A DNA stretch of 64,000 nt from Eledone cirrhosa (GCA_964016885.1 OZ024741.1:365242001-365306000), one strand, 5' to 3'; shown: positions 26,350 through 41,359, counted from the first letter of the stretch. Numbers and translations are program-made. The notes: a model not told the origin generated them from the sequence alone.

Positions 26350-26690
26350 AGACATCCATTGCAGGTCCTCTGGCAGGCGGATCGAGTCTGGCATGAACAA
26401 ACACCACCTCGCCTGCCTCCGCTCCGCTTCTCATCACAACAGCGGTACGTGGCTCAATTCGGTGCCCTCCTCATCAACCGGTAGTCAAGCTCGGCCTGCA
26501 GCCCCCGTCTTGCTGCCAGAGCGTAGGCCGGTTCCCCCGACACGCCGCTCTCAACGACATATTGAGAAGAAGCCTGGACGCAGCTGGCTTTCCAGATCAA
26601 CTGGAGCCAGCAGGCCTAGACTGCGGAAATAGAAAGCGCCCCGACGAAATCACCCTCTTCACATTCGAACCGTTTGAAACCACACCTGCT
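26350..26690 (+). pseudogene. CRE-like non-LTR retrotransposon C-terminal (restriction-like endonuclease) fragment
   Basis: [19 protein letters not shown], then in another frame [36 protein letters not shown]. Confidence 0.75.
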
Positions 26691-28902
26691 GGTACGGTAC
26701 GAAACTATTTATTTTGAAGTGAGTAGTTTAGGTCAAATTATCAAATTGTCAAATGGGGAGCGTTTAAGTATGTTCCAGCTTAAAACGGAAATAGTTATAT
26801 TACTAAATCCTTGCATGCTTTGATTTTTTTTCAAACTTAATCAATACGCATACGTAGATATTTTTATTGTTTTGAAAGATGTTCTGAAATAACAATAAGT
26901 TACATAAACATAAATTTACATGTGAGAAATGTGAGACGCTACTAGTTAATGCCTTTCTCACGTTTAAGCTTCAAATAAGTGTAGTGCAATTATTCGTTTT
27001 GAAATCAAAGCTGGATTACTGATACTACGATACTAGAAACTTGAGCTGTCACTCGCAATCGAATATGAATTGGTAGTATTTTTTATGCATTCGCTAAGAG
27101 ATTTAGGTATTCATAAAGTCAGGAGTAGCAGACTTCCCTGACCTTGCCTCTTTTCATGCAAGATGTGACAGCTGGAAGGAAAGCGTTTTGCACCAACTCT
27201 TGGCTGTTACATTCTTATCAAACCCGAAAAAAATAAATGCAAACTGGAAACATACGGGATTTGAATTCAGAATGTATAATCAAAGAACAAATATCCAACG
27301 CTCTTTCATATAAACAGCCCCGTTATCAGGGAGATTCAGAGTGACTCTGGTGTGATAAGATTGGCCCTTTGAATTACCAGTACAATCGTGTTATTTACAT
27401 AATCTAACTAACTTTTATATATAATGTATTATTCAGAGAGGAAAGGTCGGCGGCATAATGGAGACTAGTGAATGAATGGCAGAAATTTATCAAATATCTC
27501 ATCCAAATATTTAAATAGAGTGGACTAAACTAAGTGCACGAAATGACTAGATAAGATATTTAATTAAGCGGCAGATTAAATCTGCCACTTAAGATGTGTT
27601 ATATAAAAGTTAAGGAACCGATAGTCAATCCCTCTCAGGAAACAATGATTTCATTGGAAACAATGATTCCATTGGTTGTTTCATTGCTGATAGTATCTAC
27701 CGGCTGCAAATCTTGGCAGAAGGAATCGGGATTTGAACTCTGAATGAACAGGGCCAAATCAGATACCACACAACTTCAGTCGGACCTTTTAACAATTCTA
27801 CCAATTCATCATCGACCTTGAAAAAGTGAAACCTAAAGTAGATGTCGGTGGAATTTAAATTTATAGCGTATTTAACCGACAAACATTTCGAGACATTTAC
27901 CGGGACGCTGTAGCGCCCCTACCAAATCACCGTCACCCTAATGCGTTATACTTCTGATTACAAAATCTAATGAATAAGATGATATTTTTATATTTTTATA
28001 TTTATATTCAAGTCATTTTTAGAAAAGGAAAAAATCATTTTCCCTCGTCTATAATGGAATGGCCATGCATCGATTTCCACGATGAGTAGTGAAATTGATC
28101 GATCAACCGAACATCCTGCTCATGAAATTAATATGCTCCCAAACAGTTTCCCTAAACCAAATTTTCCCCATGAAGCATGGATCGACCTGAAGTTATAGGA
28201 AATTACATTTTCATAAGATGCCATAAAGTGGGATCGAACCTGAACTTAACGATTGTGAGGAGGACTTCACAACCATTTGGCCATTATGCGTCTACGGCAC
28301 GGCTATAAATGTGAATTAAGAATCCATGCAAAAAGAAAAAAAAAATGCAAACTGGAAATCTTGTTGATATGTCACCAACGTTGACTTTAATATGCTAAGA
28401 ATATCTGACGGGTCACCGAATATTTGATTGAAAACAGGTTTTAAGCTATATAAATACTTGGTGTGTCACTGATAAGGAGATTATAGAATTTTTATAATGC
28501 TATTTTAAACTACATTGTGTTCATTTGCTCTGCTGCGTCAACTGATTATATTTAAATCATTTAGCATCTAATTCGCAGATACACAGCGCAGAACAGCAGT
28601 CTTGTTTAATAAATGTATATTCCATAAAAGTAAACAGATAAAACATAATTAATTTTTCATGCAATTAGCTATCCTCACTGACGAAAAACAGACGAACACT
28701 TGCATATGATTATATTCACAAACACACAGACACTGATGTAGACACACATTTACACACACACATAGTACTGAAGGCTCTTTTTACGTACAAGTGTACATAC
28801 AACGTTTAAACATTAATTGAATGAACACTAAAATTCATGTGAGCAGTCTGTAGAGGCAATCATCGGCAAAACCTCCATGTTTTTTATTCGGAACCCCCCC
28901 CC

Positions 28903-28947
<45 letters not shown>

Positions 28948-28948
<1 letters not shown>

Positions 28949-29645
28949 TAGCTAAACTACCCGTCCTTTGGACGGTTCAAGTAGCTTTCGATGTAGCTCA
29001 TTAAACTAAACAAAGTAAATTTGAATACATAGAAGAGAAAGGTACTTTATGTAAACATGAAAACCTTAGGCACTATTCCAGCGAAATAATTATTATGTGA
29101 GCTTGGTGTCTTTTTTGACAACAGTAAAAGCGCATCATGAAATGGAGAAGTGAAGTGAATAATAGACACTATTATGTACAAAGCATAATATTGTAAAAGT
29201 TATGACATCACTTAATGTATGAACGAATATAGCTTGAAACGATAAATTATACAATGTCAAATCTATAACTTAACTTAGTAATCTGTTAGAAATTGCTGGT
29301 TGTGAAATATACAAAATGATATTGTTAGTCTCAAGGAACCGAACATTTTGTTTCAAGTACAAAGAGTAAATTAAAATCCGAATGAGCCGAATTACGAAAG
29401 ATAACTCTTGTCTTACTTAATCACGAAAATTCACACAGATAACCCAACATTTTTAAATATCTCCAAAGGCCCCAATATCGACTTTTCAAAGCCTTTGTAA
29501 ATCATTTACAGGTTTTATGCAAGGAGAAGCTCTGTACAAATTTTCAAAGAAATCGCATGAATGGTTTAGAATATATGAGCCCTCATTAAAAATTGTCCAC
29601 ACACACACATACAAAAAACTTCGTCTTTATATATATATATACAGA
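28948..29645 (-). mobile_element. Non-autonomous Helitron
   Basis: Minus strand begins TC(TG)TATATA..AAAG and ends CTAG between A and T, with the subterminal hairpin ccgtcc-ttt-ggacgg ~10 nt from CTAG. Confidence 0.8.
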
Positions 29646-29912
29646 TATATAACGAAAAGAAATCGAAATGAATTCTTATTTACTTAGTTGAATTTTTATT
29701 TACTTTCCGCGTTTCACGGTTTTTATGCTTTTCAAAAGTAAAATTGAGATGGAGGATTTGTGTGTTTTTGTTGTGAAAAGCATAAGAAGTGTGAAACTGG
29801 AAAAGTAAATAAATGAATATTCTTAAAATACTCCAGTTGCATTTTCAATTTCTTCTCCTTGTACTTTATTCTTTTTGGTTCTTTATTTTAAAAAAAACTC
29901 TCATTTTGTTTG

Positions 29913-30021
<109 letters not shown>

Positions 30022-30452
30022 CCCGTCTAAACCCATGCTAGCATGGAAGATAGACGTTAAACGATGATGATGATGATGATAATTATAGATATTTATGTGG
30101 GTGTATGTGCGCGTGGGTGTGCGTTAATCGGAGATAGAGATCGGTAACCCGTGTAAACTTCAGCCAGTAAACCGGAATACCTGTGTCCTTTGTATGAAGA
30201 ACTTTGATATATATATTCTGCACCGAGCTACATATACATCTTGTTTGTTTTCATAAATGCAGTGAACCAGAGGCGCATCGGTTGAAAATATGGAACCATC
30301 GACACCATTGCTCACTAGTTATGCCATTCTGTGGTAGCCGCTTATTATGATCATTTATGTCTGACGTATTTTCGATAAAAATATCCGACTGAAAAAAGCA
30401 AAACGTTTCTGTGACATTAATTTTTCACAACAATAACCGGTTAATATTATGA

Positions 30453-30873
30453 GGCATTGCGGTGGATTGGCAGTATCGGTAGAGGGTCGGACGCCTTGCT
30501 GTGATGCATAGAGTTACGGCCTTTGCCATTCTGAGTTCAAATCCCGCCGAGGTTAACTTTGCCTTTCATGCTTACGGTGTCGATAAAATAAAGTACCAGT
30601 AATGTACTGGTGATTGCTGGTCTTGTGCCAAATGTAGAAACAATTATTATTAGGGCAGTGGATTGGCAGTATCGGTAGAGAGTCGGACGCCATGCTTTGC
30701 AGCATAGAGTTACGGCCCTCTATGATCTGAGTTCAAATCCAGCCGAGGTTAACTTTGCCTTTCATCCTTACGGGGTCGATAAAATAAAGTACCAGTAATA
30801 CACTGGAGTCGATTTAATCGACATCCCCCTCACTTTCAATTTGCTGGACTTGTGCCTAAAGTAGAAACAATTA
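30453..30873 (+). mobile_element. Two head-to-tail SINE family 1 copies
   Basis: Consensus repeated at 30453 and 30653; the same arrangement occurs at 36556-36872, 49424-49850 (minus) and 62967-63330. Confidence 0.9.
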
Positions 30874-30924
30874 TTACGAGAATTATGTGATTAGCTATTG
30901 TTGTTTATTTCCCACCCCTTTACA

Positions 30925-32070
30925 GACGCACATGCATACATCCCCCTCACATACACATACATCGCCCTCACACACACATCCCGCTCACACACACACATAC
31001 ATCCCCCTCACACACACATACATACATCCCCCCACACACACATACATCCCCCCTCACACACATACATACCAACAGACACACATACAACCCCTCACGCACA
31101 CTTACATCTCCCCCCACACACATACATCCCCCTCACGCACACACACACATAACCCCCCACACTCATACATCCCACTCAGGCACACATACATCCCCCCACA
31201 CACATACATCCCCCTCACACACACATACATCCGCCTCACACACACATCCCGCTCACACACACACATACATCCCCCTCACACACACATACATCCCCCCACA
31301 CCCATACATCCCCCTCACACACACATGCATCCCCCCACACACACCTGCATCCCCCTCACACACACATACATCCCCCTCACACACACATACATCCCCACCA
31401 TACACACATACATCCCCCTCACACACACACATACATCCCCTCACATACACATATCCCCCTCACACACACACACACATCCCCCTCACACACACACATATCC
31501 CCCTCACACACACACACATACATCCCCCTCACACACACACATACATCCCCCTCACACACAACATCCCCCTCACACTCACATACATCCCCCTCACACACAC
31601 ATACAACCCCCTGACACACATACATACATCCCCTGACATACGCATACATCCCCCTCACACACACACACATACATCCCCCTCACACACACATACATCCGCC
31701 TCACACACACATATATCCCCCTCACACACATATATATCCCCCTCACACACACATACATCCCCCTAACTCACACACATACATCCCCCTCACACACACATAC
31801 ATCCTCTCACACACACACATAATCCCCCTCACACACACACATACATCACCCTCACTCACACAGATATATCCCCCTAACACACACACATCATCCTCCTCAC
31901 ACACGCACACCCCCTTCACACATATATACATCCCCCTCACACACACACGTACATCCCCCCACACACACATACATCCCCCCACATATACACATGCATACCC
32001 CTCACACACACATACACCCCCCTCACACACACATACCACCCCCTCACACATACATCCTCCTCACACACTC
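30925..32070. repeat. C-rich minisatellite, ~19-23-bp unit (CACACACATACATCCCCCT)
   Basis: Direct reading; about 50 degenerate units. Confidence 0.95.
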
Positions 32071-32152
32071 TCATCATATATTCCATTGTGTATGTATAGC
32101 TGTAGTTCTTATATAGAATATATAGTTCTATGGATGAATACCTCAATAGATT

Positions 32153-34300
32153 AATTAAAATGTATAGCTCTATAATTCGCTGACTATATATAACTAGTTG
32201 TATAGTTTATTTAAAATGTATAGCTCTATAATTTGCTGACTATATATAACTAGTTGTATAGTTTATTTAAAATGTATAGCTCTATAATTTGCTGACTATA
32301 TATAACTAGTTGTATAGTTTATTTAAAATGTATAGCTCTATAATTTGCTGACTATATATAACTAGTTGTATAGTTTATTTAAAATGTATAGCTCTATAAT
32401 TCGCTGACTATATATATCTAGTGGTATAGTCTATTTAAAATGTATAGCTCTATAATTCGCTGACTATATATAACTAGTGGTATAGTTTATTTAAAATGTA
32501 TAGCTCTATAATTTGCTGACTATATATAACTAGTTGTATAGTTTATTTAAAATGTATAGCTCTATAATTTGCTGACTATATATAACTAGTTGTATAGTTT
32601 ATTTAAAATGTATAGCTCTATAATTCGCTGACTATATATAACTAGTGGTATAGTTTATTTAAAATGTATAGCTCTATAATTTGCTGACTATATATAACTA
32701 GTTGTATAGTTTATTTAAAATGTATAGCTCTATAATTCGCTGACTATATATAACTAGTGGTATAGTTTATTTAAAATGTATAGCTCTATAATTCGCTGAC
32801 TATATATAACTAGTGGTATAGTTTATTTAAAATGTATAGCTCTATAATTCGCTGACTATATATAACTAGTGGTATAGTTTATTTAAAATGTATAGCTCTA
32901 TAATTTGCTGACTATATATAACTAGTGGTATAGTTTATTTAAAATGTATAGCTCTATAGTTTGCTGACTATATATAACTAGTTGTATAGTTTATTTTAAA
33001 TGTATAGCTCTATAATTTGCTGACTATATATAACTAGTGGTATAGTTTATTTAAAATGTATAGCTCTATAATTTACTGACTATATATAACTAGTGGTATA
33101 GTTTATTTAAAATGTATAGCTCTATAATTTGCTGACTATATATAACTAGTTGTATAGTTTATTTAAAATGTATAGCTCTATAATTTGCTGACTATATATA
33201 ACTAGTTGTATAGTTTATTTAAAATGTATAGCTCTATAATTCGCTGACTATATATAACTAGTGGTATAGTTTATTTAAAATGTATAGCTCTATAATTCGC
33301 TGACTATATATAACTAGTGGTATAGTTTATTTAAAATGTATAGCTCTATAATTTGCTGACTATATATAACTAGTGGTATAGTTTATTTAAAATGTATAGC
33401 TCTATAATTTGCTGACTATATATAACTAGTTGTATAGTTTATTTAAAATGTATAGCTCTATAATTTGCTGACTATATATAACTAGTTGTATAGTTTATTT
33501 AAAATGTATAGCTCTATAATTTGCTGACTATATATAACTAGTTGTATAGTTTATTTAAAATGTATAGCTCTATAATTCGCTGACTATATATAACTAGTGG
33601 TATAGTTTATTTAAAATGTATAGCTCTATAATTCGCTGACTATATATAACTAGTGGTATAGTTTATTTAAAATGTATAGCTCTATAATTCGCTGACTATA
33701 TATAACTAGTGGTATAGTTTATTTAAAATGTATAGCTCTATAATTTGCTGACTATATATAACTAGTGGTATAGTTTATTTAAAATGTATAGCTCTATAGT
33801 TTGCTGACTATATATAACTAGTTGTATAGTTTATTTTAAATGTATAGCTCTATAATTTGCTGACTATATATAACTAGTGGTATAGTTTATTTAAAATGTA
33901 TAGCTCTATAATTTGCTGACTATATATAACTAGTGGTATAGTTTATTTAAAATGTATAGCTCTATAATTTGCTGACTATATATAACTAGTTGTATAGTTT
34001 ATTTAAAATGTATAGCTCTATAATTTGCTGACTATATATAACTAGTTGTATAGTTTATTTAAAATGTATAGCTCTATAATTCGCTGACTATATATAACTA
34101 GTGGTATACTTTATTTAAAATGTATAGCTCTATACTTTGCTGAATATATATAATTAGTTGTACAGCTTATTTTAAATGTATAGCTCTATAATTCGCTGAA
34201 TATATATAACTAGTTGTATAGTTTATTTAAAATGTATAGCTCTATAATTAGCTGAATATACATAACTAGTTGTACAGCTTATTTAAAATGTATAGATATA
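32153..34300. repeat. 56-bp tandem satellite, about 38 units
   Basis: Unit atttaaaatgtatagctctataatt(t/c)gctgactatatataactagt(t/g)gtatagttt. Confidence 0.97.
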
Positions 34301-34654
34301 AAATTTATATAAAATTTATAGATTTTATAACAAACGATTTACTGAAACTTGACTCGAGAACTTTGCTTCTGTTTTAATCTTACTAAATTACTTATTCATG
34401 GTTATTTTTATGCCTCGTTTTCGAAACAGTTTTGTACATTATATTTCATTATTTCTTTTAATCACGCCCCAATCTTTTTTCACTTCTAAATCTTGTGAGA
34501 ATTTAAAGTAAGGTGCCGTGTAAAATAAGGTAAAAAAAGAAAGAATATGCAATTGGTAAGAACGACATGTATATCTGAACATTTTTTTCCTGAGAATGAA
34601 ATCTATTTCTATACCACGAGGCAATTTTATTTAGAATGTCGAATATTTAAATGA

Positions 34655-34724
<70 letters not shown>

Positions 34725-34725
<1 letters not shown>

Positions 34726-34930
34726 TAGCATAGTTCCCGCCAAAAATGACGGGATTTATAGTAAGAAATATATAATTTAATAATTCATTGACTACGACAT
34801 TCTGTTTAAAGATACTTGAATTCTCGATTTTCCTTTTCCCTTTCCCTCTTGTCATTCTGATCACCGGCGTATTTCATTTTACATTCATTTAAATGTATTA
34901 CCATCATTTTCTTCCTCATTTTCGTTAATC
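34725..34930 (-). mobile_element. Helitron 3' end fragment
   Basis: actag followed by the hairpin tcccgcca-aaaa-tgacggga, next to (TA)n. Confidence 0.55.
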
Positions 34931-34954
34931 ATTATCAAGCATTGTGTTTTATTT

Positions 34955-35295
34955 TCTGTATTGTATTGTATGGTCCCGTAACTCTTTGAGGAGATTTAGG
35001 GGCGCCGTAGTGACATACGGCCCTCCTTGGGCATTTAAAACCAGGCGGAGCCCATCCCTCTCCAGGTCTGGATACAGCAAATTTCTTCCAAACAAAGATA
35101 GAAACTGAGATTGGAAACGCGAAAGAGATATAGAGGAATAATCGACCCCAGGTACTTGACTGGTACTTTTTTTTAGGATGAAAGGCTGAAAGGCAAAGTT
35201 GACCTCGGTGGGATTTGAACACAGATAGCAAATAGTGGAAACGAATAACGCAAAATATTCTATCCGACGTTCTAACAACACTGCCAATTCGCCGT
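34955..35295 (-). mobile_element. SINE family 1 head/core with an alternative 3' tail
   Basis: Same composite at 37785-38070 (+) and 60476-60750 (+). Confidence 0.7.
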
Positions 35296-35414
35296 CTATC
35301 AAACATATATTTGTTAAATCATGATGGCTTTCTTTTACCGATCTATCTATCAATCTGTTTACCAACTTACAAACTGTTATTGGAATTGGTGTTTTGTTGT
35401 TGTTATTGTCGTAC

Positions 35415-35461
<47 letters not shown>

Positions 35462-37447
35462 ATATAACGAAGGAAGTGTGGTAAGGAACCAGGTGGACCA
35501 TAACGCACCGGATTAATCGATACTTAGTGTAGTAGAGTGGGTAATAGGAAAAGAGTCAGGACTCCGACGGCTGGGCTCCGGTCGTCGGGGTCCTGACTCT
35601 TTTCCTATATATATGTGAGCAGCAAGTGTCTATGTTTACGTTTTCAATTGTTGCGGATAAAAAAAAAAATGGAAAAAGTGATTGATTGTATAAGTACTCG
35701 TTTGAAAAAATGAATCTTGCGGTGGGTGTGATAACACTAAATACCTTGAAAGGTGTGCTGAAGTATGGCCGCAATCTAATGATTGGAAACAATGAAAGAA
35801 TAAAAGACTAAAATAACTATTTCAGCCTAAATTATCTAATGTTTTTGAAACTCAAGATTATTTTTTTAATAATGCACTATCAATTCACCAATCCACTTGA
35901 GACAAATGATTGCTTTAAATATAAATATATAAGAGATCTATATACTTCTCATTATTTAAATAATTGGCAGTATCGGTAGAGGGTTCGACGCCGTGCTTTG
36001 CAGCAAAGAGTTACAGCCCATTATGGTCTGAGTTCAAATCCTGCAGAGGTTAATTTTGCCTTGCATCCTTACGGGGTCGATAAAATAAAGAATCAGTAAT
36101 GCACTGGGTAATTGCTCGCCTCGTGCCAAAAGTAGAAACAATTATTTAAAGCCTTTTGTTTTGGAAATCTAATGTTTATAGGATAATTATTTTATTTAGC
36201 AATACGATATATATGATATATCATTAATAATACCATTCATTAGTGTTCTGTCGTATTTTACTATTTCTTTCTGTATGTTGTGTTCTGCTGTTGTCGAGCA
36301 TACCTACGATCATGGGGTTTCTAAACATGATCATTCATTTTCTTTGGTGATACATCATCTAATGTATTGTCTTTTGTTTGAGGTTGTTGGGTGTGATTTT
36401 AGAGAGAATTGTCTGCTATTTCTGTCAGGTCGAGCGGACACGTAGATGCATCGTAGCTGTCTTCTACATCTTTCTTATGTTTAACTTCCCATTATCTAAG
36501 AGTTTAGCATTTGAACTTAGACCGGGACTATACTGTAAGGCATTATTTCCACCAAGGAGTTCAAATCCGCCGAGGTTAACTTTGCCTTTCATCCTTGCGG
36601 GGTCAATAAAATAAAGTACCAGTAATGCACTGGGTAATTGCTGGCCTTGTGCCAAAAGTAGAAACAATAATTTCCACCAAGGGCGATGGATTAGCAGTAT
36701 CGGTAGAGAGTTAGACACCATGCTTTGCAACATGCAGTTATGGCCCTTTATGTTTTGAGTTCAAATCCTGCCGAAGTTAACTTTGCCTTTTATCCTTACA
36801 GGGTCGATAAAATAATGTACTAGTAATGCACTGGGATAATTGCTGGCCTTGTGCCAAAAGTAGAAACAATTATTTCCTACACCCTTACCAACTCACAACC
36901 TTTAATTATAATATTTCTCAAAATCCTGTTTGTAGGGTTTATAATTAAATTGCTATGTATATATTTCATCAGTGTCATTTAAGATTAGCATTGTTATATA
37001 TATTTCTATACGGTTTTTAATTCCCTTTAATATCCTGTTTATTAAAGTTTTTGTTAACGTTCTTATTATTCCTTTTGTAGAAAATTCCTTTCTTTAATCC
37101 TTTTTGAATGCATTTATGTAATTCCAATAATTCCAAGTTACTTTTAATTTCCTCTCCATATTTAATTGCTGCCAGAAAAGTTCAATAAGACGTGTATCTT
37201 TTCCTGTTTATACATTTTCTATAATATTAATATTTTCATCGCCTTCAAATTTTCGGTTCCCACACATGTATGGTTAGTTATTTATTCTCATATTTTGAAA
37301 ATTTCAATGTTAAAAAATATTAGCATTAATATAATTAAAAATTATTGAACTCATTGATCATTTCAAAATAAATACTATATTTGTAAAGACAGACCGACAA
37401 TGTATGTTTAGATAATTTATTTAATCTTTTCGATAATTCTCTTTTGA

Positions 37448-37700
37448 AATAGTGGTTATTTAGCTCGCGACCGTAAGGTCATAAGTTCGATTCCCAGTGG
37501 TGCGTCCTATTCTTGAGCAATAACATTTATTTCACATTGCTCTATTCCACACCGTTGGTATAAAATGTGTAAGTCAAATCTGTAAGTCAAATGGCCAGCC
37601 TTGTCATAAAGTTGGTTAAGCTTAATTGCCCTGAGAACTACGTTGAGGGAATAGGTGTCTGTAGAATGATCAGTCAGTTGCACGTTAATTTCACGGTGAC
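37448..37700 (+). mobile_element. tRNA-derived SINE (family 2-related, ttgcacgttaatttcacg 3' domain)
   Basis: tagtggtta...agttcgattccc head; relatives on the minus strand at 25005-25240, 28095-28290 and 55075-55300. Confidence 0.7.
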
Positions 37701-38499
37701 GCACGAGCGCATTTATCCATTACGTCAAAGAGTCCTTAACCACTAATTATTATCATTTTAGAAAATTTATGTATGACACTATATTGGCAGAGACTTGAGA
37801 ACGTTGGTTAGAATTCTTTATGATATTTATTCCATCTTTCTGCTCTCTGAGTTCATATCCCGCCATGGTCAACTTTGCCTTTCATCATTTCGAGGTCGAT
37901 AAACAAGTACCACTTTAGTACTGAGGTCGATTCTTTCTCTCTCTAGAAGAAATCTGATGTACTCAGTCCTGAAGAGGAATGGGTTCCGCCAGGTTTAAAA
38001 TGCCTAAGAAATGCCGTATGTCAATACTGCGTCCCTACGACTCTATCAGGAGTTACGGGATCATATAAACATACAAATAGGACAATAGACTTGCAAATAA
38101 TACTTGGTTGATTTACAAAGTAATGGAGGAATTGAAACTTAAAAATACATTCGCCAAAATGCAGATAACTGTAATAAAAGTTGATAGATATAAATAAGCG
38201 GGTACTTTACCCGACCCGATTTATTGTGTATTATTGCGAATATACTTTCAAATTTCAAATTCAAATGCTCCATGGGTCAAATAACTACACTTCTAGCGAC
38301 ACGCTTAAATCTCTTAAGAAAGATAGTATTTATGGTTCACGGACTCGTTGGCGTAATGGTTAAACGCGCTTACCTGGCACACGAAAAATGTGTCTGTCAT
38401 TTGTACACTTATTTCTGTTTCCAGGCGTACTTTAGCCAATTTAGTCAACTATCATCTCTACTTGTTAAGGTGAATTGGCAGTATCGGTGGAGGGTCGGA

Positions 38500-38950
38500 C
38501 GCCATTTTTCATCACTAGTGACAAAGGAACGTAACCAGTTGGTCGTGCGAAGGTAGGAGAGCAGAGAAGTAGCAGCTGCCACCGGCCAATTAGGATTACG
38601 GTCAGTCAGACTGTGGGGAATCCAGCCTGGTCACCTCTATTGCATGTAGATGGTCGTTTTCGATGCACTAAGCACTTCGGAGAGTTGACGTGATGACTGG
38701 CATTGGTCGGCCTCCACCAACTGACGCAGTTGCTCGTCTTTGAAGTGGGAGGGACATCCTGCGGGAAGTCGATCCTCAAGGCTGTAATCACTGGAACGGA
38801 ACCGTGCGTACCAATCATTAGCACTGCGTTCAGACATGGTGTGTCACCCAAATGCATTGTTAATGCCACGACTCAATGCGCTGTACTTAGGGTAGATTTG
38901 AAGTCATAAAGTAAAGAGCCTCGAATAAACGATTTGGATCAATTCATGTT
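38500..38950 (-). pseudogene. Mariner transposase fragment
   Basis: WYARFRSSDYSLEDRLPAGCP HTH region, WIPHSL (WVPHEL-like) and VTSDEKW first catalytic Asp motif. Confidence 0.85.
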
Positions 38951-39252
38951 GCTTCCCCTTTGACGGTAAAACAGAAAATGATAAATACATATAGTGTATA
39001 CAAAGGTCAGCTTTTATATATGTGCGCATTCGCAACATTCAACATTTCGAGGAAACTTTATAGAAATACCGCCTTTAGAGAAAAAAGGCGGGACAGTTCT
39101 ATCCAACCCAATATATTAGAGATTTCATTATATAATAAAAAAGATGTTTCGACAGACTGACATAATACGTATATATACAGAGCATATTTACGTACTGTAC
39201 ATATATATATATTTATATATATATATATACATATATATATGTGTATATATAC

Positions 39253-39359
<107 letters not shown>

Positions 39360-39490
39360 TCCTAGTTAGTATGTGTGATTTTCCTAGTTTACATTGATCT
39401 AATAGTGTTGAGCTATATATATACATGTATGTATATATATTTATACATACACACACACACACTCTCTCTCTCTCACATACACACACACAA

Positions 39491-39538
<48 letters not shown>

Positions 39539-39882
39539 ATATATGATGTAAAGGAAAAAATAGAGTAACGAGAGCTATCGGTTTAACGATTTCATTAGTG
39601 GAGTTCAGTGACAAAATGATGAGAGCTAAATATTAGGGAAATATAATATAAATAAAATATGATAAAAAGCTTCTTTCAAACTGATAACGAGTGAGTATTC
39701 CCACATGTGGAACTATCATAAAGCAACGGATAATAAGATAAAACATCTCATCTAAACTGTCTACAACAAATGCGTACAATTTCTGATTTCTAATTCTAGG
39801 AGCGATATAATGGCGGTAATAAAAAACATATGTTTGCTCACATGTACATACGTATGTCTGAATGTAGAAGCACAACAGCTTT

Positions 39883-39932
<50 letters not shown>

Positions 39933-40205
39933 CAGAAACGTATGTACATGTGAGCAAAGATATGTTTTTTATTATCATCATTATAAATATATGTATATAT
40001 ATATATATATATATGTACCATATATATAAGCACGCACAGTCACACATATGCGCACATGGCCATACATACACACACACACATATATATATATATATACATA
40101 TAGCCCCCCTACCCTCACATGCATACATATATTCCAGTGTAAAATGTAAGCCAAAATAGCAAAGCAAACCACACGCACACACACACACATATATATATAT
40201 GTTTG

Positions 40206-40288
<83 letters not shown>

Positions 40289-40617
40289 GAGAGAGAGGGG
40301 GGATAGAAAGAGAGTGGGAGATAGAGAGAGTGGGAGAGAAGGAGAGAGAGGGAGAGAGAGACGGAGATGTGTGTATATATTGATATATATATATATAATT
40401 ATGTTTATATGTAAGCGACTTGTTTCTTGTTTTGATATTGTTTTGACACATATGCATCTGTTATACGGCTTGTTTCTAAACCATCTTGCAGCATGTACAC
40501 AGCATCATGTGTGAGCACCTTTATATCTGAAATTGAATTGCCAGGCTGAAGAAGCGAATGAATGCATTTCTTCATTCGTTTCACCTCTCTGGTTTCTTTT
40601 ATGTGTATCATTGCTAG

Positions 40618-40654
<37 letters not shown>

Positions 40655-40873
40655 TAAGTTAAAAAAATTACATCTACATATGCATACTGAAATACTAGTG
40701 TGTATATGAATACACACACGTATACATATGTATATGTAACAAGTCTTTCACTGGTTGCTTTACTGTGAGCACCCAGCTATTCTGTATGTAAACACACAGA
40801 CAAACCGGTTTTTAGAGTCATACTGGTTTTTGAGGGAACACCTTCCCTCTATTCTCCAGAAGGCCAGACAAGG

Positions 40874-40918
40874 AATATTGAACTAGTTTCGTTGTTGTTA
40901 CAACTCATCAGCAATATT
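40874..40918 (-). ncRNA. Type I hammerhead ribozyme
   Basis: Exact reverse complement of 41315-41359. Confidence 0.9.
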
Positions 40919-41314
40919 TACCTATCTACCTATCAAAAACCAGTATGACTCTAAAAACCGGTTTGCCTGTGTGTTTACATACAGAATAGCTGGGTGCTCA
41001 CAGTAAAGCAACCAGTGAAAGACTTGTTACATATACATATGTATACGTGTGTGTATTCATATACACACTAGTATTTCAGTATGCATATGTAGATGTAATT
41101 TTTTTAACTTAATTGTTTAAGCGTCAGTCATACAAAAGTGAGTTACAAACGAAACGAAATTTAATTTCGTTTCGTCATTTGTTTTTATCGTCTCCGCTGA
41201 ACCGGTGCGTACTCACACTCTATGCAAATTAGTCTGCCCACTACTAATTTTCATAGAAAAAGCATATAACGATATGTGCTTTTACAATTCTCCAGAAGGG
41301 CCGGTAGATAGGTA

Positions 41315-41359
41315 AATATTGCTGATGAGTTGTAACAACAACGAAACTAGTTCAATATT
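41315..41359 (+). ncRNA. Type I hammerhead ribozyme
   Basis: aatattg CTGATGA gttgt-aaca-acaac GAAA ctag TT caatatt; palindromic stem III ACTAGT. Confidence 0.9.

Noticed and set aside
28677-28710. Isolated CTGACGA (similar isolated boxes near 37969 and 50611)
   Set aside because: No matching GAAA with pairing stems.
30887-31636. 249-aa His/Thr/Pro-rich ORF
   Set aside because: Lies wholly within the minisatellite.
32153-34300. CRISPR-like array or hammerhead-containing satellite
   Set aside because: No unique spacers; the unit has CTGACTA and no GAAA, so there is no HHR core.
38341-38390. tRNA gene (gactcgttggcgtaatggttaaacgcg)
   Set aside because: Only an A-box/D-arm-like half, with no T arm or acceptor partner.
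40446-40617. Tc1-like transposase N-terminal fragment
   Set aside because: The resemblance is too weak to support without a database search.
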